Below, piece by piece: positions 18,082 through 27,000 of a stretch of DNA of 64,000 nucleotides. The translations under genes were made by a program, and so were the position numbers. The stretch covers positions 124,001-188,000 of the IMG/VR virus record IMGVR_UViG_3300020810_001156. One strand, given 5' to 3'. How positions within the stretch are numbered: the first letter of the stretch is position 1; each line of letters starts with the position of its first letter. The notes below the pieces were generated by a model. It worked only from the letters and a program-made list of their open reading frames with translations, was not told where the DNA came from and did not search any database.

Positions 18082-21000
18082 ATGAGCTATAAAGGTATAG
18101 ACCCAAATGGTATAAATCAGATTTCACAATCCTTAGTTTCACTTTATGTGAATGGGGAAAGGCAAATTGATATATCTACTGAAAATGTTGATATAATCAA
18201 TGACCTTAATGTTCAAGGTAGTGTATCTGCATCCATATTTAGTGGTAGTGGTGAGGAATTATTTAACATACCACCAACGGCTCTTACAACCGATGCTCAA
18301 AATCAAATATTTAGTGGTTCCGCAACAGCATCAATTTCACCTAATAAGGGATTTAAAGTAAATGTAGATACATCTATTAGTGGTGCATTAAATGTATCCG
18401 AATCTTTAACTGTTGGTGGAGTAATTAGTGGTGATGGTAGTGGAATTACAAATATTAATGCGGATTCCATTGGTGATATTGATAAATTAAAATCAGGTTC
18501 AGCTGAAGCTGTGATTTCACCAAATTTAGGATTTGAAATTAATGTAGATACTGAAATAAGTGGTACATTAGATATTAGTGGTTCGTTAAGAACAGATGAT
18601 ACTTTAAAAGTAGATAAATCTGCGGATATTGGTACTGATTTAGATGTTGGTAACAATGTAACAATAGGAAATGATTTAACGGTAGCAGGTAAAATTACTT
18701 CTACCGAACTTCATACAACATACTTATCATCTTCAGTAGTTTATGCTACTGGTTCAAACAAATTTGGTGATGGTGCTTCTGATAAGCAAGAGTTCACTGG
18801 TTCGGTTGGTATAAAGGGTGATTTAAGTGTTGATGGTAATATAGATTTTAGTGGAAACTTAACTGCAGATGATTTACCAACAGGTACTTCTTCTGAAGTT
18901 GTAGTTTTCGATACAACAACAGGTACATTCCAAAGAAAGTTTAACGCATCATCTTCTGGTACATCAGGTACCTCTGGTTCATCAGGTTCATCTGGTTCTG
19001 GTGGTACATCTGGTTCTGGTGGTACTTCGGGAACTTCGGGTTCTGGTGGTTCTTCTGGAACAAGCGGAAGTGGTGGTTCATCTGGAACATCTGGTTCTGG
19101 TGGTTCAAGTGGTACAAGCGGAAGTGGAGGTTCTTCTGGTACATCTGGTAGTGGAGGAACATCTGGTAGTGGAGGTTCATCTGGAACATCTGGTTCTGGT
19201 GGAACAAGTGGAACTTCTGGAAGTGGAGGTAGTTCAGGTACATCCGGCTCTGGTGGCTCAAGCGGTACATCAGGTAGTGGTGGTTCATCTGGAACAACTG
19301 GTTCATCAGGTACATCTGGTAGTGGTGGAACAAGTGGAGAAGATGGTACAAGTGGTACGGGAGGTTCTTCTGGTACAGGAGGTTCTTCTGGTACGGGAGG
19401 TTCAGCTGGTACATCGGGTAGTGCTGGTACTTCAGCAACTGCTGGAACGGCTGGTACATCGGGTTCAAGTGGTTCGAGTGGTACAACTGGTTCTGCTGGT
19501 ACATCAGGTTCTGGTGGAACAAGTGGTACATCAGGTAGTGGTGGTTCATCAGGAACTTCAGCATCTTCTGGTACGGGTGGTACATCGGGTAGTGGAGGAA
19601 CAAGTGGAACTTCTGGAAGTGGAGGTTCATCTGGAACAAGTGGTAGTGCAGGTTCAACGGGTTCAGCTGGTTCAAGTGGAACTGGTGGTTCTTCTGGTAG
19701 TGGTGGAAGTTCTGGGACAGCAGGAAGTGGAGGTTCGTCTGGAACAAGTGGTTCTGGTGGTACTTCTGGTACAACAGGTTCATCTGGGACAGGAGGTTCA
19801 GCAGGTACATCTGGAAGTGGGGGAACATCCGGCTCTGGTGGAACAAGTGGTAGTGGAGGTTCATCTGGAACATCAGGTAGTGGTGGTTCGAGTGGTATAA
19901 CTGGAGCAGGTGGTTCAGCTGGTACAAGTGGTAGTGGAGGAACTTCAGGTTCTTCGGGTACATCTGGTGATGATGGTACAAGTGGTAGTGGGGGAACATC
20001 TGGTTCGGGTGGTTCGTCTGGTACTTCAGCATCTTCTGGTACTGGTGGTACAGCTGGTACTTCTGGTAGTGGTGGTTCATCTGGTACAAGCGGTTCGGGT
20101 GGTACATCAGGTACTTCTGCAACCTCTGGTAGTGGTGGTTCTGCTGGTACTTCTGGCAGTGGTGGTTCTTCTGGAACATCTGGTAGTGGTGGTTCATCTG
20201 GTACAAGTGGTGAACAAGGAACTTCAGGTAGTGATGGTACATCTGGTAGTGGAGGAACATCTGGTAGTGGTGGAACTTCGGGCTCTGGTGGTTCAAGTGG
20301 TACAAGCGGTTCGGGTGGTACATCTGCAACTGCTGGTAGTGGGGGTACTTCTGGTAGCGGAGGTAGTTCGGGTACATCTGGTAGTGGAGGTTCTTCGGGA
20401 ACTGCTGGTAGCGGAGGTAGTTCGGGTACATCTGGTAGTGGAGGTTCTTCGGGAACTGCTGGTAGTGGAGGAACTTCGGGTTCTGGGGGTTCATCTGGAA
20501 CAAGCGGAAGTGGAGGAACTTCAGGTTCTGCTGGTTCTTCTGGAACACTTTCTCTAACTGGCAATACTGATAATGGTGTAATTACACTTAATGGTTCAGC
20601 ACCAAATGCAACTGTTGAATCAAATCTTACTTTTGATGGTACAACTCTTAATGTACAAGGTAACTTAACAGTAACAGGTACAACAACAACTGTTAATACT
20701 GAAACCATTAATTTAGCAGATAATATTATACTTCTTAACTCAAATGAGACTGGTACTCCTTCACAAAATGCTGGTATTGAGATTGAAAGAGGAACTGCTT
20801 CTAACAAACAATTTATTTGGAACGAATCTTCTGATAGATGGGTAGCCGATTCAAACTTACAAACTTCTGGTAATTTATATTCAACAGGTGGACAATTATT
20901 CTTAAATGAAACTGCTGGTGCAATAACCAAAATTACTAATGAAAATAATCTATCAATTTATTCAGACCACTTAGTAAACTTCTTAGAGAGTGATGCGAGT

Positions 21001-24000
21001 AGTACTAAAGCAGTATTTGGATTAAATGGTGGTAACTTTAGTTTTAATACGGGAACATTAAATACATCATATACGATGTATGTAAATGGTACATTCTTTG
21101 CAAATACAGTAAATACTGGACAAGGGAATACTGAGGTTTATTTAATGAACCAAAATGTTCGTACAACTGATACTCCTAAATTTGCTAACTTACAATTATC
21201 ATCAAACAATACACCTACAATTTACTTTAATGGTACATCTGATGGTGGTGATGGTGCAAGTTCTGATATGGCTATCCAAGCTACACCAGAAGGTTTAAAC
21301 TTTATTGAGCCGGAGCAAAGTAATAGAATTCAGTTCCAAATTTTAGATGATACAGGTGTAAATGCACCATATGGTTATCAATTAAATGGTACAACTGTAA
21401 TTGATACATCTCGTAACTTAGTAAACATTGGTACAATTAATACTGGACAGGGTGCAACTGAGGTTTATTTAATGAACCAAAATGTTAGAAGTTCAGATTC
21501 ACCCACATTTAACAGATTAACTTTATCACAAGCAACTGGAACGGCTCCTTTGACCGTTTCATCTACAACATTAGTATCAAACCTTAATGCTGATTTATTG
21601 GATGGACAACATGGTTCTTACTACGCTATATATGACCACATTCGTTCATTAGGAACAAGAGCATTTACTAATGGTTCAAATCCAAATATAACAACTGCTC
21701 AAGTAATTTCCGAAATGGAAAGTGATGGGGCATTTGATTCATATACTTCGGTATTCAAAACTTCTTGGAGTTATGCTGGAAATTACAACTTAACTGATGC
21801 TGGTAGGTTTACCGAAACGGCAGGTTCTTCTTGGATAACTTGGACTGATAACTCATCAGATTCTACAAGAGGTAATATTACAGCATTAGCAATTGCACCA
21901 AATACAGGTGGTTCTGCTGGTAGAGTATTCATTTACAACGACCAAGGTAGTAGTTATGCACCCGGTTGGAGAGAAGTTTGGACTTCACTTTCTGATGGTG
22001 CTGGTTCTGGATTGGATGCTGACCTTTGGGATGGGTATCAATTCTCAGATTATTTAAACCAAGCGGTAAAAACAAATAGTACTCCAACATTTAGTGGTGT
22101 TTATACTTCTAACATTGGTATCAATGATAGTGGATTTGATGTTTACATTAACTTTAGTGATGCTAATCCAACATTCAGAGGACAAGGACATGGTGGGCAG
22201 TTTACCTTCTATGGTGATAAAGACCAAAACGCTTCGATTCTTTACTTAGGTTCGATTGATGCAGCTAAAATCGTAGATGCTGGTGTAGCAATGTATGCAC
22301 CAATTTACTATGATTCGAATGATGATAATTATTATGTAAATCCTGCAGGAACTTCGAACTTAAATGGATTGACTGTTAATGGTGAAATCAATGGTTCTAT
22401 TGATGCAGCAACAAGATTATCATCAAATACTGGTACTGAATCAGATAGTTTCCAATATTGGAACACAATCAATAACTCAACTCTTAATCCTGATACCAAT
22501 TGGTGGTATGGGATGAGATTAGGACACGGAAACGCATCAACTTATTATAGTGCAACACTAGCAATCAGTTTCTTCTCAGATGATATGAGATTTAGAAGAT
22601 TGCAAGCTGGGACATATCAAACTTGGAGAACAATCGGACACGATGGAAATATTCCATATGCGTTCAGAATGAATCAAGATGTTCGTACAACCGATTCACC
22701 AACATTTGCTGGGTTAAACTTAGGAAATGGTAATTTAAATACTGTTGAAAACATTTATTTAGATAATGCTATTATTAGTCAAGGTGATACTAATACTTAC
22801 ATCCAATTCCACGCTGGAGACCAATTTAGAGTTGTAACTGGTGGTTCGGAACGGTTAGAAGTAAACAATAGTACTACTACATTAGCTACTAACCTACAAA
22901 TCAATAGTCATGCTATTGATATGGATTTAAATAATGTAGCTGATAACGCTATTTCTCTTAGAGAAGTTCGGAATAGTACATGGCCATTTGTCTTTGTAAC
23001 GAATGGTGTTGGTAACGATAACTCATCTGGATTCTGGGTAGGTAGTAATGGTTACCCTGATATGAGATTGAGAAGAAATGATGGTACGGTAAGAGCATTA
23101 ATCTCATCTTGGGAAAGAAGTTATGTAAGTAATGGATTCAGTATATCAGGTGGTACACTTGATATGAACAACAATGATATAGTTGGTGTAGACCAAATCA
23201 TTCATGAAGGTGATTCCGATACTTACATTCAATTCCATGCATCCAACGAATGGAGAGTTGTAACTGGCGGTGGCGAAAGATTAGAAGTAAATAATACAAA
23301 TACAACAATTCAAAATAACTTAATTGTTAATGGTAATGTTACCTATAATGGTGGGGTTAATTTGGGTGATGATTACACTATTGGTAAGTTTACTTATGTT
23401 TCAATTGGTGATTTAGGTGCTAGTGGAACGCAAGCTCGTACATTTGAAATTGCTAGATTAGCAATGGATTACAACGATTGGAACGATGCTGGTACATTCG
23501 AAGTAGAATTACATGAAGATTACTATGGTAGAGGTGATAGAAAAACTTATACTGTTTGGTGGGGATACTATAATGCTTGGCAAGTATATCTAACCGATAG
23601 TAGAGTTTGGGCTGATAATAGAATGCAGGTGAGAATCGGTTCACCAGTAACTATTAGTGGTGATATCAGATATGTTCCTGTTTATGTAGATGTTAGATAC
23701 TACGGACAGGTTGATGTAATGATTAAAACCAATAAGACAGTACAATATACCGATAATACTCCATCAGGCGGACAAGCTTACATTAACAAATCACCTGGCG
23801 CAACTAATATCTCAGATTTCACACCGGATTCTGAAGTATTCCCAACCGCAAATAGTGGACAGATTGCAGTACCGAGAGTTAGATTCACATCTACTTCGGT
23901 TGGTGCTTGGAATGTATTTAACTATGGTGGTGCAGTAGGTAGTGGTAATTTCCAAGATTGGACAAACTCTGCTGGTGAGATGAATTATATTCAGGTCAAT

Positions 24001-27000
24001 AACTTGGCCTCTGGATTCTCAAATCATCCAACTGGTGTGTACACTTATGGTGGTGTTCTTAGTTTGAGAGGTGCAAATCATTCATTCCAATTATACGCAG
24101 CACATACTGGTGATTTAGCATACAAAACTCAATGGAATAACGATAACTATTCTGGTTGGAGAAGAATTTTAGATTCTACAAACTATCCATACGCTGCAAA
24201 TATGAACCAATATGTTCGTACAACGGATAGTGTAACATTTAACGAAATTTATAACAATGGTTGGTTTAGAAACAACCAAAGTGGTGAAGGTTTATATAAC
24301 CAAGCAACTGGAGCACATTGGGTTTCAGATGCAGATGCATCTTGGACTGCTAGAGATTCAGCATCTTCTATAAGAATTAGAATGAAAACTAATGGAAGTT
24401 CCGAAAGAGGTTCTTTCTACGCAAATAGTTCTAATCAAATTGGTATTTTAGATGCTGGTGGAAGTTGGGCAATCAGACACCAAAATGATTATGGTACTCA
24501 GTTCTATACCGATGGTACAACTGAAGAATTTAGAATTGGTAGAGATACTGTAAGTGGTAACTATGGTACTGTCCAAACTCGGACTACTAGAGGTGGTTGG
24601 GGTGGATACTCAATCAATGGTGGTTGGGTGTTTATGCACGACCATTCAAATGCAGCTGGTATCTACAACGATTACGAAAATGAGTGGGCTATCTTAATGT
24701 ATAGAAACTCATATGTTCGATTACATTTTAATGGTGCTGGTAAATTAGAAACTACCAATACGGGTATTAGTGTAACTGGTAATGTTGTTGGTACGGGTAC
24801 ATTAGATATGGATTCAAAATACCACATCTTAGGTGTATCAAACAATTGGGATGCAGTTGGACAATATGCACAAACAAACCTACACTTCCAAGGACATCAA
24901 ATGTTCTGGATTGGAGCGGGTAATGGTACTTGGTTTACTGGAACGGCTAACCAAAAATCACAAGCATCTGGTTTAGCAGCTGATGCGAATTACGCACATG
25001 ACCTTTTAATTACAACTATGTATTCTGATGCTAGTTATGATAGGGGTATTACTTTTGCGGTATCAAATAACAATGATGAGAATAGTGGTTGGAGATTAGG
25101 TAAATGGCATAGTGGTGATGCACGGGATGCATCGAAATTAGTAGTTGATGGTGGTTTATTTGTTAAAGGTGGTTACACCGATGAATACGATTACTACGCA
25201 AATGATTACTCATCATATTATTCAGCTCCAGCTGGACAACCGCATTGGGGTGGAGATAGTGGATACTTTAATAGACCTTCTGCAACATTCTCAACTGCAA
25301 TTCAAATTCAAAGTGGTAATGGTGGTACAAATTCACGTCATCCACAAATTCAATTCCACCAATATGGTTATGGTGGACCTGTAATCGAATATGATGGGCC
25401 AGAAGATATACTTAAATTTAGAGGAAATAGTAGTAGATTAGATTGGGTACAGTTTGATACTTCTGGTGTAAGTGATGGTTTAAGAATTAACTATGACCAG
25501 ATTTACTCTTATAATAGACCACTTCACTTAAACCACTCAGCAAATCAAAACATTTATATGGTTTGTGCTAGTGGCGGTAATGTGGGTATTGGGCATGATA
25601 CTGCTTCACAACGATTAGATGTAAATGGTTCGGTTATTATCCGTACTGATTTATATATGGATAATGGTAGAATCTACGATGTAGAGGATATCTTCTTAAA
25701 TGACCGGATTTACCACGATTCAGATACCAATACTTACATCCAATTCCATGCAAATGACCAATGGAGAGTTGTAACTGGTGGTGGTGAAAGATTAGAAGTA
25801 AACAATGGTACAACTACTGTACAAAACAACTTATATGTAAATGGTAACCGAAACCGAATAGGTAATGGTAACGATGATAGAACTCACATCAACGATATGT
25901 TATATGTGGGTGCTACTGATAGTGGTGATTCTCACTTATACTTTGGTGAGGGTGGTTATCATGCTATTTCATATGGTGCACATTGGTATTGGGATAGTGG
26001 ATACACTTTCTCTTGGTATATGAGAAACAACAACTCAGATACCTTAATGATGAGATACATTACCAATAACAATGGATATGTTTATTGGTATCGTCATTTC
26101 CATATGAACAACTATGATATCAACTATGTAAACCAATTACACTTTAACGCTGGTGTTAGATTCTATGATGATTCTAATAACAATTACCTAAATTTCCAAG
26201 CCGATGATACAAACGGACCAACTGGTATTCGATTCAGAGATGGAAATGGTACACAATATGGATATGTGTATGGTGATGGTGATGGTGCAAACTTCGGTTT
26301 ATTAAATCGGGATGGACAATGGGCAGTTAGAACAACTAATGTACAAACATCAATGTATTACGATGGTGCTGAGAAAATCTACACTCGTTCAGATGGTGTT
26401 TATGTAAATGGAAATATTTTTGCATCAAGATTCTATGATACCAATACATCTTACTACTTAGACCCTGCTTCTACTTCTTACTTAAATGATGTTAGAGTAA
26501 ACATTCTTTATGATAGAGGAGCAACTGGATATTATTGGCATGGTGGTTCTACTTCTCGTATGTACGCAGCTGAATTCATCAATAGAGTTGTAATTGGTGG
26601 TAGATTTGACTACAACGCATATAACTCAGTAGGTTCTACGAGATTACATTTTGGTGGTGGTAACTCAGATGCAAATGCTAACTACTATATTGGTACAAAT
26701 TTAGAAAACTATGGTGGTAACTACACTAAGTTAGATTTAAGATGGCATACTGGTATCCGTATGGGTGCACAACCTGGTTATGGTGGTATCAGAATGTACA
26801 ACAATGAAGATTTATCAACAATGTTATTCTCAGTTGGTAGAAGTTCTCAAGACGTTGAAGTTACTTACAACCTAAGAGTTGGTGGACAGAAAGCAATTAA
26901 CTCTCGTAACCATCATGTTGGTTCATTTACTAACTTAGCAACCGCTGAAGATTGGGCAGTAAGTTCAACTGGTAATGGTGCAGCTGCATTGGGTGGAACA

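Noticed and set aside
11363-20545. Possible CRISPR array or satellite DNA
   Set aside because: No fixed repeat with unique spacers; the repeats are in-frame coding with synonymous variation.
18741-20930. 729-aa and 535-aa minus-strand ORFs and + strand alternative-frame ORFs
   Set aside because: Same shadow effect from the second Gly-X-Y tract.
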